Assembly: GCF_004010195.1 (NCBI RefSeq)
Contig: NC_057728.1
Span: forward strand, 51,399,400 to 51,463,399
Length of the DNA stretch: 64,000 nt
DNA from: Chiloscyllium plagiosum
Lineage: Eukaryota
Direction of reading: 5' to 3'
The notes below the pieces were generated by a model that saw only the letters and a list, made by a program, of their open reading frames with translations, made no database searches and was not told the origin of the DNA. The position numbers were made by a program, and so were the translations under genes. Positions within the stretch are counted from its first letter, which is position 1. Every line of letters begins with the position of its first letter. Shown one piece after another: positions 44,829 to 59,800 of the stretch.

Positions 44829-47800
44829 GTGAGTTTTCACTGCTACAATCAACCTAAATGTTCTGATAGTGTTATTCTATATCTCCACGGCATCCATACA
44901 GTGGGAGTGGGAGTGGGGGAGGGAGGGGGAAGAGACGCGTTTCATGGGCTTTTAGACTTGGATATGGAGGGAATTGTCAGAGTAGATAATGTTTTCTGGA
45001 AATATTAAAGAAATTTTACGTCCCATAATGAGCTTTGATATTAACCCCCACGGTGGCCTCCCGGGAGAGGAAACATCAATCAGAATGAGGAATTTGGACT
45101 TTGCAGATTAAAGCTTGAACTCATTCTCTCTTTGCATTGGAATTTAATGGTCTTTGATGCGACTGTTAATGTTATCAAATGTTGGCAATGCTACTTTACT
45201 GCCTTAAGTAGAGCCACAGAGCTGTACAGCAGGGAAACAAACAGACCCTTTGGTCCAACTCTTTTTGTGCTGACGCGATATCCTAGACTGATCTAGTCCC
45301 ATTTGCCAGCACTTGGTTCCTCTCCCTCTAAACCTTCTTATTCGTATACCCATCCAGATGCCTTTTAAATGTAAATTGTGCCAGCCTTCACCACTTCCAC
45401 TGGCTGCCATTCCACACCTGCACCACCCTCTGCATGAAAAAATTGTTACTTGGGTCCCTTTTAAATCTTTCCCCTCTCACACTAAACTTATGCCTTCTCA
45501 TTTTGGATTCCACTACCCTTGGGAAAAGACTTTGGCTATTCACTTTATCTATGCCCCTCATGATTTTATATGGTCACCTCAGCTTCTGACACTTGAGGGA
45601 AAATAGCCCCAGTCTATTTAGCCTCTCCCTCTCGCTCAAACTCTCCAACACTGTCAACATCCTTGTAAATCTTTTCTGAACCTTTTCAAGTTTAACAACA
45701 TCCTCCCTATAGCAGGGAGACCATAATTGAACATAGTATTCCAAAAGTGGTCTGACCAGCAACATGACCTATGTAAAGTCTGTGCACTTTTCTTAAAACT
45801 GTTCTCTGCATAATTGGTTGTAAACCTTTTTCTGATAAAGTTCTACTCCTTCACTGTTAACACTCTAACCGTTCCCACCAAAGTGAATTTGATGGTAGTA
45901 CTGCGAGGGTGTCAGGGCTTGGACCAAATACATTCTCGTCTCAAACTGAATCTGGCGAAAGCTGACAGTGCTGTATACACGTGTTGCTATCTATTATGAT
46001 CCCAGTCCAGATTGCCCAATTTATGTTATCTCGTTAGGGATCACGAACATGTGAGAATAAGTCACACCGTTCCACAGTTTTAAACAAACAACAATAAACT
46101 TTGGTACACACAAAACAATAATACAATCAATACTACATGAACAACTTGTTTATAACAGCCAGAATTAACGTGGTAAATATGGGTGTTAGACTGTGAGCCA
46201 ACACCCCACGTCAAATGTGTTGGTGACATTTTGTCTTAGCAACTACCTACCCCTCAAACTAATAACAGAATTGAATCACCAAATCTCATTAAACTTCATA
46301 AGGGATCACAATTTTTCACTTTTCCTAGTCTCATTAGGTGTTCTGTCGTGGATTGCCTTGATGACTGACTGTTCTCAGTCTGGTCTCCTTTCCTGGGTTT
46401 ACACTCCTCTGCACTCTAATTCTGTACTTTACTGTTCATTCATAATGTAACTCCAGCTTTTCGTCAACAGATAACATCACTGAGTTGGTCCTAACCCTCG
46501 GTTTATTCCTGAACTTCAAACTTGTCTCATTGTGAGCTTTTCAATCCCAACTCCCTCCATTGCCCTGAAGTATTAATGTTCACAGTCCTCTTTCAAGCCC
46601 TTCATTAGGTTCCACATATACAGAGTAAACAACATTCTCATTTTATTTTAGTTCTCTTCGACCTCTTCTGAATTTGGACTCCAAGACTTAGCTGCCTACT
46701 GATTCCTAGGACAATTTCTAACAGCACAGAGCCAACTAACTGGTTTCCAAAACCCATCTGGTTCATTAATATCCTTTGTCGAACGGCACTGACTGCCCTT
46801 ACCTGCTCTGGTTACGTGTCACTCCAGAGCCACAGCAATGTGGTTAACTTTTAACTGTGCTTTGGGTAATTAGCGATGGGCAATAAATGCTGGCCTAGCC
46901 AGTGACACCTACATCCTTTGAATGATTTCCTTGTTTTTAAAACAAACTGCTGTTGATTCCTCATTGAATCCCCCACACTGAATCCATATGGTTCAATTGT
47001 CTGCAAATACAGCTAACTGCAGCATTCTTAACATAGAGTCTGTTTTTTTTTCTCTCTCTCTCCAGTCACATTTCCTGCCTGTAATGCTAGCATGTCTCTT
47101 CAGTGACTCATAAACTGTCCTGAGTAACCTATTGAAAACCTTGCAAATACCCCTCCCCTGTGGCTGGGCAGAATTAAATGTTACTAACATTCACCATTAT
47201 GCTGTTGGAAATAAGTGTATCCTGAAGATCATATTTTCACAGTGCTGGAAATGAATTTGTTTAAATGCTGTATCAAATATCATATCTGATCATAGTCTTC
47301 CCAATGTTTGGATCATGTTGTCAGTGTTCAGTTTAAAACCAGTCTTTAACATACATAGAATCCCTACAGTGTAGGAACTGGCCCTTTGGCCCAACAAGTC
47401 TACACTGACCCTCCGAAGAGTATCCCATCCAAACTCATTCTCCTATTCTATTACTCTACATTTACCCCTGACTAATGCACCTAACCTACACATCCCTGAA
47501 CACAATGGCCAATTCACCGAACTTGAACATCTTTGGATTGTGGGAGGAAACCAAAGCACCTGGAGGAAATCTACATAGGCATGGGAAGAACGTGCTCCAG
47601 ACAGACAGTCACCTAAGGCTGGAATCAAACCCACGTCTCTCGCACTGAGAGACAGTAGTGCTAACCACTGAGCTACCATGCCATTGTTAGTTGCTTCCTT
47701 CATTGTCAGTGTCTTGTTCTTCCTAGCATGATGCTAGTCTGAATTTATTGTTACACCACTGATGGGAAGAGTGCACTAGTAATCAAGCCCCACTATTCCA

Positions 47801-50800
47801 TGAAACATTTCATAAGTGTAAATGTCTTACTAAATCACTAAGATTGTTGCATTTCTTTACTTTTACTGTTATCAAGGATAAAATCAGAGTCTCCCACCAG
47901 GGTTTATCAGTAAACATGAAAAATTATTTATTATAAACAAACTTGCTGTATAAAAATGGCAAAAGCAATTAATGACTACTGTTATGTAACTTAAATTACA
48001 TCCTCAATTAAATCTAAACATGCACACATTAGTATAGATAGGGTACACACCTCCGCAGAGATATTATGGATGGGTAAAGTTGTGCAAAAAAGAATCCTGT
48101 GAATTAAGGATGGAATGAGATGACTACAATTCTTTTGGTTTCTGTTGACAAGATAGGCCAATGGAAGATCCTCCTTTCAGGCAGCTGATCAATTAGAGCT
48201 AGTCTTTTTATTGAGTTAGGAGGTCAATTTTCAGAGCCCTATGAGTGTTTCCCTTTTCTCACAGAGCAAAAGGGGAGCCCTGCTTCCTTAAAAACCTCTC
48301 CACAACTGTGAGGGTTTTTTCCAGCTTCTCTTGACAGTCTCCTTTCAACTACACTCCTCCCCAGTCTGTGGCAAGATAGGAACAAACAGTCCAAAACCTT
48401 CAACTCATGATTCTTCCAATAATTTCAGAATTTATCTTGTCTCTCTGAACATTTCTGCTTTTCCAAAGTACACAACTTTTTGTAAATGATAAGTGAACCA
48501 AAACAGAGTTGTACTTTTGACCCAAACATTCCAAAGTCATGTAGTAAACACCCCATATCCCAGACATTATCTGAAACTTCCATTTTCTAGTCTTTGTTCT
48601 AAAAATATACATGGGTCTAACACCACTGGCAGTTCATGGGTGTGTCTACCTGGTAAACTGTTGCCACGAATTGCTGCCATTCCCAATGACGTTGTTTTGA
48701 TAGGAATTTTATGTACTAACTATGTTTCACCAGGTTAGCCAGTGTATTTAAGGCTCAAAAGGGCTGATTGGGGAACTATAAAGTCATGCTGGAGATATGC
48801 AGATGGCAAGTGTGGGATCAAGACCCAGAGATTGTTCTGACCCAAGATTATCTTCAATGGGGTTAAGATCCTGTCCATTATATCATGAGTGTTCATTATA
48901 TTGTGGATTCTTTTCTGCAGGAATGAACTTAATTACTTTCTTTCGAAGATAACTACTGTCTCTGATCCAGGTATGTGACGATAATGCCAAGAAATAATGT
49001 AACTTCAGACTCCTTATTCCTTTGTACAAGTGATAGTTTGATTAGTTTGGAATAAAAATAATTTCCCCCAGTAAACAAAGCTGAGCTGAAGGATAGAACC
49101 CATAGAGACTGCAGGTGAAATATTCCCAGCTGATGTCTGACATTAGAGAATTGGTGAATGCTGACAACTCCTAGATTCATAGTTGTTAGAGATGGACAGC
49201 ATGGAAACAGACCCTTCGGTCCAACTCATCCATGCTGACCAGGTTTCCCAAACTAAACTAGCCCCATTTGCCTGTGTTTGGCCCATATCCATCCAAACCT
49301 TTCCTATTCATGTACCTGTCCAAATGTCTTTTAAATGTTGTAACTGTACCTGCATCTACCACTTCCTCTGGCAGTTCATTCTATAAACAAACCAGGTGAC
49401 CAGTTCAGCAACTTTACAAACTGGGCGGCACGCTGGCACAGTGGTTAGCACTGCTGCCTCACAGTGCCAGAGACTCTGGTTCAATTCCCGCCTCAGGCAC
49501 CTGTCTGCTTGGGTTTCCTCCCACAGTCCAAAAATGTGCAGGTTAGGTGAATTGGCCATGCTAAATTGCCCATAGTGTTAGATGAAGGGGTAAATGTAAA
49601 GGAATGGGTCTGGGTGGGTTGCTCTTCGGAGGGTCAGTGTTGACTTGTTGGGCCGAAGGGCCTCTTTCCACACTGTAATCTAATGTAAAAGTAACATTCA
49701 ATTTCATGATGCAAATTATTTAACATCCTTGAATTATCATCTCTCAGACTGTTGAGAATGTTCTAGAATGGCTTTTTCTTATTTGTTCCATGGGATCAAA
49801 GATGGCAGGCAAAATGGATTTGGAACAACGAGCTGCCTCTTAAAAAGGGAGGAGATCATTCAGGTCTAGCAATGATATATCATAGAATCCTTACAGTGTG
49901 GAAGCAGACCATTCAGCTCGTTGAGTCCACACTGACCCTCAAAAGAGCATTCCACCCTACCCTGTAACCTTGCATTTTCCCATTGCTAACCTACCTAACC
50001 AGTGCGTCCCTTGACACCAAGGGCAATTTAGCATAGCCAATCCACCTAGCCTGCACACAGAGTCAAAGAGATGTACAGCATGGAAACAGAACCTTTGGTC
50101 CAACTCATCTTTGGATTGTTGGGAGGAAATCCACACAGATACAGGGAGAACTTGCAAACTCCATGCAGTCACCCAAGGTGGAATTGAACCTGGGTCCCTG
50201 ACCCTGTGAGGCAGCTGTGCTAACCACTGTGCCACACTAAATACACTCCCACAATGTGGCTAGAAAGGGTAAATAAAACCAGAGCGCCCTCAGTAACAGA
50301 GATGGAGAGTCAGACCAAACACAAAAGATGTATGTAATGTATACCAAGTTGATAATAACAGTGAGAATCAGGCTGAATGCTGTAAATCCAAAGGGCAATG
50401 AAAAATAAGAAATAGACAAAGAGCAGGTATAAAAAGGGACTGTCAGCTAACATGAAAAAAAATCCAAACGATAAATATAAATATTGAAAGAGCAGTTGAA
50501 AGGAGGATGGAACTAATTAGGGACCACAAAGTTATTCATGAGGAAGTACTGTTGAATTTGAGATTTTCATGGTCACAGTTACCTAATATAGACAGCTGGC
50601 CATTTATAAGCAATTTTCAGATAGTTTATTGAGTTTGTCAAGAATCAGCAGTTTAGATAGAATGCATTAATTATCACAGAATATCATAGAATTCATACAG
50701 TGTAGAAAGAGACTATTTGACCCAGCAGATCCACACCAATCCATCCCCCTACCCTATCCGTATAACCCTGCACTTCGTATGGCTAATCATCTAGCCTGCA

Positions 50801-53800
50801 CATCCCTGAACATATGGGCAATTTAGCACAGCCAATCCACCTACATTACACATCTTTGGATTGTGGGAGGAAACCAGAGCACCTGGTGGAAACCAGACAG
50901 GGAGAGAACATGCAAACTCTGCACAGACACTCATCTGAGTGAGGCAGCTCTGCTAACCACTGAGCCATCATGCCACTGATCAGTCAAAGTATACGACCAT
51001 GACAATTTATCAATGGTTCATTGATACCAGAGGACAAACAGACTGTTGGCATAGAACGTGTTGGTTTCATTAAAGTTTTGAAGGCAGCATCCTGTTTTCT
51101 GGCTGAAATGTTAGGAACTCTTCCCTGGGTTGCCTCCTCCACTACTGGACAATCTTCTGTCTGGTCAAGACAGGGCTTATGCCCAAAACGTCGATTCTCC
51201 TGCTCCTTGGATGCTGCCTGACCTGCTGCATTTTTCCAGCAACATTTTTCAGCTCCCGGATAAGGACCACCACCTCCAAGGGTTGCCCAATGAGGACCAC
51301 TCTCTGCCCCTGCTGACTTATCATTTTATTTTGTTTCAAGGGACAGGTCACTTACTCTGGCAATCACTTGTCTGAATACACTTGGCCAATGACTATGCGG
51401 CAACTACCATAGAAGGCTAGTTACTCAAAGGTAAAGTCACCATAGTCTTACTCTTTCATTAGAGAGAGAGAGAGAGATGACTGGTGGTGATTTAATCTGA
51501 GGGTCATCACACCTCAGGCAAGGGGAAAGTTGTGAAGGAGAATCCTTCATAATGAAGGAATTTCTGAGTTCAAAGTCACATGTAGATCAGATTAGATTTG
51601 GATTTTATTTCCTGAGGGGCCTTAGTGAGCCAGATAGGTTTTTATGACAATCACCAGCCACTTTTAAATTCTAGATTTACTGAATTTATTTTCTGCCACA
51701 AGCCATGGTGAAACTCGAACCCATATCCTCAGAGTATTCACCTCTGGATTGCTACATGATGAATACACAACCACCTCCCTCAAAAAGGTGTAAGGATAAA
51801 TCCAGCAACTGCTGGCAAGTCAGTGTATAAAGCTTTTAGAAGTGATAAAATTCACCATCCCTCGGACAAATGTGAATTAATTAAGGAAACCCAGCAAAAG
51901 TTTAGTAAAGGTAAAATGTGTTGAACTAATTTTACAATTAACTGGAAGGACTGATGAGGATAATGAAGTTGATGTGATTGTTTTGTATCTGCATTTCCAA
52001 AAAGCATTTGATAGTGCTGTGTATCAGCAAAATGGACCTGTGGAATAATGGATGGCAGCATGGATGCAAAGTTGTGTAAAGGAAAGATGGTTTTGGACAA
52101 GAGGAATGCTTATAGTGGGGATCCCCAGGAATAGGTATTGGGTCCACTGACTTGCTGATCTATATTAATAACCTAGATTTGTGTGTACAAGATGTAATTT
52201 CATGATTTGCAGGTGACACAAAATTTGGAAGCATTGAGAACCCATGAGCAGGATACTGATAGAGTTCAAGAAGGCAGAGACCAGATGGTGGAATGAGAGG
52301 ACATGTGCAAGATGAAATTTAATACAGAGGAATGCAATGACTCCTTATGAAAGAAAGAACAAGGAAAGGAAACATAAAACAAAGGATACAATTCTAAAAT
52401 GGGTGTCAGAGAACAGGATTATCCCTGAAGGCAGTCGTTCACCCATTGTTTGAGTTCATACTAAGCTTTGACATTTTTAGACTCCTCTCCAAACTGAGAA
52501 GGTAAAATGTTTTTTCTAATTCATTGAGGAATTGTAGCCTTCACTGGCTGGACTAGTACATCCACTTGACTCTTGAGAAGGTGGCAGTGAGCTGTCTACT
52601 TCAACTGCTAAAGGTCTTGGTGTAGAGGGACACCCACAATGCTGATAAGGAGGGAGTTCCAGGATTTTGAGCCAGCAACATTGAAGGAATGGAGATATAT
52701 TTCCAAGTCAGGATGGTGAGTGGCTTGGAGGGGAACTTGCAAGTGGTGTTGGTGTTCCAATGTGTTTGCTGCCCTTATCCTTTTCTAGAAGGTAGTGGGT
52801 CAAAAGTTATTAACACATCAAAAGGGTGATGACCATCTGACCTATTTTCTCCAACTTTAATCCAAAATTCCTCTGAAATAGCTGCTACAATACACTTGGA
52901 GTTTAGAACAGCAGCCAGGGATCCAGGAAGTGCCATTGTTCTCAAGAACCTTGATGAGGAACGGAAGGGTAGTAATGGGCTATTCTACAGCAGAGAGAGG
53001 ATGGGGAAAAAGGTGTGGCGCTGGAAAAGCACAGCAGGTCAAGCAGCATTCCAGGAGCAGGAGAGTCATGTTTCGGGCATAAGCCTTTCATCAGGAACGT
53101 GGGGAGTGAGGTGGGGACCAAGGGGGGGCTGAGAGATAAATAGGAGGGCAGGGGTGAAGGGATGGTAACTGGGAAGGCAACAGGTAGATGCAGGTGGGGG
53201 TGATAGTGATAGGTCAGAGGGGAAGGTGGAGCAGATAGGTGGGAAGGAAGATGGACAGTTCAAGAGCGTGATGCCGAGTTGGAGGTTTGGATCTGGGATG
53301 AGGTGGGGGGAGCAGAGATGAGGAAACTGTTGAAGTCAACATTGATCCCGTGTGGTTGGAGGGTCTTGAAATGTTCTTCCTCCAGGCGTTGGGTGGCTTG
53401 GATTTGGCAGTGGAGAAGGCCCAGGACTTGTATGACCTTGGTGGAGTGGGAGGGGGAGTCGAAGTGGTCAGTCACAGGCTGGTGGGGTTGTTAGGTGCAG
53501 ATTCTACAGCAGGGTTGATAAGCTGAGATGACAAGTAGGAACACCTCAAATCAATTAACAACTGGACTATGGCATTAAATAATTGAGGATAGCAGGGCAA
53601 TTTGTAATGTCTTTAGCATCCTGCACTTCATAAATAGGGACACGGTGTGTAAAAGCTAACAGATTATGGTGAACCTTTATAAAAGTCTGTTTATGCCTCA
53701 ACTGGCGTATTGTGTCCAGTTTTGGGAATCACACTTCAGGAAGGTTGTAAAGGTTTAAGAGAGGACACAGAAGAGTGTCTCCAGGAATGAAAGACTCAAG

Positions 53801-56800
53801 TGGATAGATTGGAGAATCTTGGGGCTGTACATCTCAAAGAAAGGTGAGACGCAATTTAGTCGACCTGTTCATTTACCACAGAAAGCTGATGAGGTTGGAT
53901 CATTAAAGTATATTCAAGGCTGAAATAGACAGGTTTTTAATCAGAAAGGAAATAAAGTGTAATGAGAATAAGGCAAGCAAGTGGAGTTGAGGATTAGCAG
54001 ACTGCTCGAGATCTCATTTGAATGGCAGAGAAGTCTCAATGGACTGATTGGTCAATTTCTACTCCTCCATCTTGTGGTCTTGTAGTCTTAATCATGAGGG
54101 GTCTAGACGGAGCAGATAGAAAACAAATGCTCCCATTGGTTGGAGGATTGAGAATCAGATGGCACTGAGTTAAGGTGAGTGGCAGAAGAAGCAAGGGGAC
54201 ACATGAGAAAAAATGTTTGTATACGGCAAGTGATTAAAGTCTGGAATGCATTGCCTGAGAGTTTGGTGAAAGAAGATGAAGTGATGGCTTTCAAAAGATG
54301 ATTGAAGTAACACCTGAAGGGAGAGAAATTGCAGGGCAGTAATGGTAGGGTGTAGGACTAGTTGTGTTGGAGGGAGTTTGTATAAACATGTTGAGCTGAA
54401 TGAAGGTTCTGTGATCTTTCTGTCATTCTAAATTAAACTGTTGGACTTGATTGAAATGTAGAGTGTGGATGTCATTTTACATTATTTCAATTTCAGGCAA
54501 GAAGAACCTCATCATCTGTGGTAAAGGGAGTGCCGTCAAGGACAGTTTATCTTTGCCAAACTGCTATTGTGTTGTATTAAGCAGAACATTGTGGTAAGTT
54601 GTACGAGGCTTGAAATAGAGACAAATGGACTTACACAAGAGATAAAGGATCCAATCTTCATTCTCTTTACTGGGAAAGTGGTAACTTGAAGTCCAAAGGT
54701 GAAGTGTGAGCCCTGAAAAGTTAGCAAGCTATGTTCTTAAAGGATTGTATTTTTAATTGGTTAAAATGTTACCTACTTTCACCTCAGCAGTAACACAACA
54801 GCCCATTACTAACTTTCCTTTCCTTGTCAAAGCTCTTGGACATCCACTGGATGCCTGGCCCTAAATTCCAAGTGCAAAATAGGAGCCATTTTTAAGATGC
54901 AAAATGATGAAAATTGGGGCTATAGGTCAGACTGTCATCACCCTTTGATATAAAAACCAAACTTTATCTTCCTAAATTGGCTGCCATTCAGAGGACAATC
55001 CCAAGAAGTTGACATTTAACATGGACTTAACTAATGGGTCAACTGCTCTGTGTCAGGGATTACCCTCATACACAGGATTGCCTCCCATGTTCAGCTAGCA
55101 TTCTGAACTGTCAGGGAGTCTGAAGTTATTATGGCCCCAATTGTAGTCCTACACAGATAGGTTTTGAATGAGATGAAATCTACCCATTGGGCAGGCTCTC
55201 CCCACTCCCATAGTGAGGGAAACTTGAAGGGAGAACTGGGACAAAAGTTGGAAAGGATAGCTGTGTAAATTGACCAATGTGTTGCTATTGCTAGTAGATC
55301 TTGTTTGCAGGTAGGGAGGACTGGCAATGTTTAACCAGCAGCTGGTTCATTTACGAACATATGGATAAGGTGCAGGAATAGACTATTTGGACCCATGAGA
55401 CTGCTCTGCCATTCAATACAGTCATGCCTGATCTGATCATAACTTCAAATCTGTATTCCTTCTCCCAATAATCTTTCAGCCTCTTGCTTATCAAGAATCT
55501 ATCAACCTCTTTCTTAAAACTATTCAAGGCCTTTGCTTCAACCAGCTTTTCAGGGGGAGAGCTCCAAAGAGTCAAGACCCCCTGAGGCAACAATCTTACC
55601 TAATCTCTTTTTTAAACAGGTGTTTAAACAGTGACCCTTAATTCTAAAATTCTTCCACATCTTCTCCACATCCACCCTGTCAAGACCCTTCAGGATTTTG
55701 TATGTTTCAGTCAAGTTGCCTCTATCTCTCCAACGCCTGTCCAACATTTCCACAGTCAACGTGCCCCATTCCAAGTATTAGCCTAGTAAACGTCTCTGAA
55801 CTGTCTCCAACATATTTGTTTAACCAAATGCTGTTGGCAGATTTGTAAGGTGGGGTGAGGGGTTAGTAGATGTCAAACCGCACCCCAGTGAGGCCAAAGC
55901 CTGCTAGGTCCTGGCACCGACAAGGTTTTTGATATTCACTCTTCCTTCCACAATGTGTGGTGAACCACCTGGTACTGGGGCTTTCCCTCCGCAATGATGG
56001 CCAGACAACTCTTTATTTAATGAAAGATCAAACCTGTTTAAGCGATCTGCTGAAGATGGAGCTGCTCTGATCGACCGAGGCAGTCCATTGGATTGGATTG
56101 GCCAACTCATCATCAGCAAATGCCAACTTGGAACCGGAGGCTGCACCTAACCCAGAGAGCCTGCATATTGAACAATTGAAGTTGGATGCTGTCTAGGAAG
56201 AATCTAAACTATAGAGGATAAAACACATTCCAAAAGAATTTATTGGCGATACTCAAAATTCTCAATCAGCATCCTTTCTCATGCCATATAAATTGTTCTT
56301 CCCTTTGAAATTTGGTATTTTTTCACCTGTCCTGATGAGCTTCAGTAACTCATCTCCTCTGTTAGTAAAATTTATTTTTTTTGATTACCAACATTACTTT
56401 CAAAAATAAAACAAGCTTATATCTACTTGCTAATTGAAAGAAAAAAAAGCCTTTACTTTAATTCTCCAGAGCTTCTGAGACTAAAGCATCTTCTACTTAA
56501 TTCTTTGTTCATTGATCAAAGAAATGAATACTGACAGCAAAATCCTATGTGGCATTTATTTAAGAGCAGGTGAATGCTCGACAATGATTTAAATTTAGAA
56601 GTTATATATGTATCCAGGAACATGAGTGACTTTGACTTTTTTCTTGATCAGTTCAGTGCCTGACAATGCAGACTATCTCTGCCGGGATCTGACCAGTGCT
56701 ATTCAACTTGCTTCAATGCCACCTCTAAGTGAAGAGATTGAAACAATATGGGTTATAGGTGGCGTCAAACCCTTTGAGGTAAAGCTGTGAAAAGTGTTTG

Positions 56801-59800
56801 AAATATTAGTCAGTGTTTATCACATCGATTTATGTCAGAGTTCTGCAGCTTAGTTGCCCTCCTGCTCTTTGGGGTGATGACACCATCACGTTATATGAGA
56901 TTTGCACGGAAACCAGTGCTTTCTCCACATCCTGGAGAAATGTGTAAACTCTGATGATAAGCTGGTCCATTTACATGCAACTGCCCTCTTTCTGTTCTAC
57001 AGAACTGTGAACTTCCTGTATTGAATAAATCTAGGCTTGAGTAAAGGAAACCATTTCAAAATTTGCAGACCCAAGAAAACTTGAAATTACTATGAACTGC
57101 AAGGACAATGTTGATAGATTTCAAGATACAGGCTGGTTGAATATGCTGACGTGTGGTAAACTCCTTAAGAATTTCAGAAGTTTCAATGTGATCGCTTCTC
57201 TGAGTTTTAATGAATACAGCTGCGTCTACTCAATCCCTTCTTTTTGGATAATCACCACATGGCAGAAAATGAATCCTTATTGCACTCCCTCTAAGACAAA
57301 TATGCTCTTTCTTAGGTAGGGAGACTGAAACTAGACAGGGCTGTCTCCCTGAGGTGCAATGAAAGAAACCCTATTCTCGTTCTCAATACAACATCTAAAT
57401 ACTCCACATCTTATCCTTTTAACTTCAAGAACTAAGACATATTGGCCAAATGACTCTACATAGAGAAATCATTCTGTTCCTTTACTGGTTGTGTGTGTGT
57501 TTGTGAAGGGAATATTTATCATTTCTAGTTTCATATTACAAACTGGCTTATCCAGTTTTTGCAACTTCACTGAATATGATTTGTTTTTTGATACATCAAT
57601 AATTTTGAGTTGATTGAAGAAACATGGTTGATGAATTCCCCTATTTTAAATTTAGTGAAAGCATACAATCGACCTTATTGAGAATTGGGTAAAACAATTA
57701 AATGTGGGGCCAATAGAGTAGTGGGACAAGAGAAAGATGGTACGTTCCTTCCATCTGGGTCAGAGTGTATTGTAGTTTTCCAATCGATCCTACCTACCCC
57801 ATTCTTTACACCTACCTGCCTATAGTTTTCATTGCAGGAGTATGCGGTCCCTGCAATCTCTAACTGGAAACCAAAACAAATTAAGATCATTAACCTGGTC
57901 CTAATAATTCCCTGCAATATAGACCGGTGCCCCATCGTCCCAGCCAAACAGGTGGAGCTGGTTTGAAATTGATCTTTTACGTTGTGTAGTGTTGTGCTAA
58001 ACTAACTTCTTTACACTATCGTGAGCAATTGTTTCCTGCTGTATAATCAGGAATTACTCAACATGTCATTGAGTAATTTGCTCCAGGTGAAGGAAGCTCT
58101 CTTTGTATATGTTACAGTAACCATTGTAAAGGCCCTTTAAAAGATCCTGTGCTGTGAGGGGATCTGATGATGTCGTAGCAGTTTCACTGATCCGGTAATG
58201 CTGAAGCCCAGGCTAACGCCCTAGAGACAAGGGTACAAATCCTCCCACAACAGAAGGTGACATTTGAAATCCATGAACAAAGCTGGAATTAAAAGCTAGT
58301 CTGACTAGTACACCAATGCCTTTTAGGGAAGGAAACCTGATGCTGTTGTTTGGACTGGTGTACGTGTGACTCCCCAGCAATGTGGTTGACTCTTAACTGC
58401 CCTCTGAAAGGGGCTGGCAATCCTCTCAATTCAAGGGTAATTAGGGATGGCCAACAAAATGTTAGCCCGTGTTTCAGGAAAGAAGAAAAAGGTTGCAAAG
58501 CCACTAATCAATTTTCTCTTTCTGTTCACAGGAGGCCATGAAGCATCCAAACTGTGATCGGATCTACCTCACACATATCATGGCTGAATTCAGCTGCGAC
58601 ACTTTCTTCCCAAAGTTCGACTGGAACACGTTTAAGCTGCTTGATGAGTGAGCATCAAAATCTTTGTTTTAACAGAAATGTTCCAGGTCAGAAATGAAGA
58701 TCTGGGGATAGGGGTTATGATGGGATGAGGGGGTGGTAGGTAGATTCTGGTCACGGTGAGTGGGGAGTCTGTGAGAACTAGCAGAGGGAGGTGCAGTTTC
58801 AACATGAGAGGGAGGATCAGTGGGGGGTTGTCTTGGGAACTTAAAAACTGGAATGGGTGGGGATTGAGGTTAGCTGCCATTTAATGAGCTCTGAGGAAGG
58901 GTTGCTGGACCCAAAATGTCAATTCTGATTTCTCTTCACAGATGCTGTCAGATCTGCTGAGCTTTCCCAGCAACTTCTGTTTTCGTTTTTGACATTTTAA
59001 TGCATTGAATCACAACATTATCACTCTCTGTTGGCTCACCTACTGAAATCCCTCAGACTCAGCCTTCAGTCTTCGTGGATCAGTCTCTCACAGGCTGTCC
59101 CACGGTATACGAGAACTAAAGGCATTGATGCTAAGGCTGTTTTTCCAGAGTGCAGATGATGATTCACAAAGAATGAATGATTTGGAACTACCTGTAGGAG
59201 AGGCTGAAAGAGATTGATGGGCAAGTCAGGACAACACTGTCTCAAATGCGAGTGGACTGATCAAGGCACATTCCCTATTTGTCGAAGGATATTCTGTACA
59301 GTGGTTTCACTGGCAGCCCCTCAATTAACTATCTCAGTCGGGTCTTCGGGAAATACTTTGAAAACTTACTTTCTGAGGTTGGGAGAGACTGGGAAAGTGA
59401 GATTAGTTCCTCTGTCAAAGAGAGGGAAGAGGAGAGAGTAAATAATTTGGCTCATGGATTTAATTGAGGCAGGTCTCTCATAGTGAGATATGATACTAAC
59501 TGGAATAGGAATGGTTAATCCTCATACAAGGGCAGGTTCAGCTAGTAGGATAATGGAACACCGGTACACATTCAAGATAAGGCAGGTATTAGGCTTATGT
59601 TAAGACGTGCTTAGGTCCCATGTGGGGCGGGTGGTCATTATATTGAGAATTTCCTGCGGTCTCCTCCCATTTGGCTGTGAGAACTTTGATGCAAAGCCCA
59701 GATACCTGCTGTCAAAGGGCTTCCACAAATCTTCTGCCAAGATTACAGTTGATCAAGGAAAGCCTTGGAAAAATCCCCAGGGAAGGTTTCTGTGGATGAT

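Noticed and set aside
45990..46630. Possible LTR-like segments (also near 22300-22880 and 47845-48740)
   Set aside because: No termini, TSDs or second copies could be verified by eye.
47981..47990. Perfect D-box GTTATGTAAC in DHFR-like intron 1
   Set aside because: Isolated, in AT-rich repeat-like DNA where chance matches are expected.
49423..49495. tRNA gene
   Set aside because: The A/B boxes continue into an HE1 SINE body, so this is a tRNA-derived head only.
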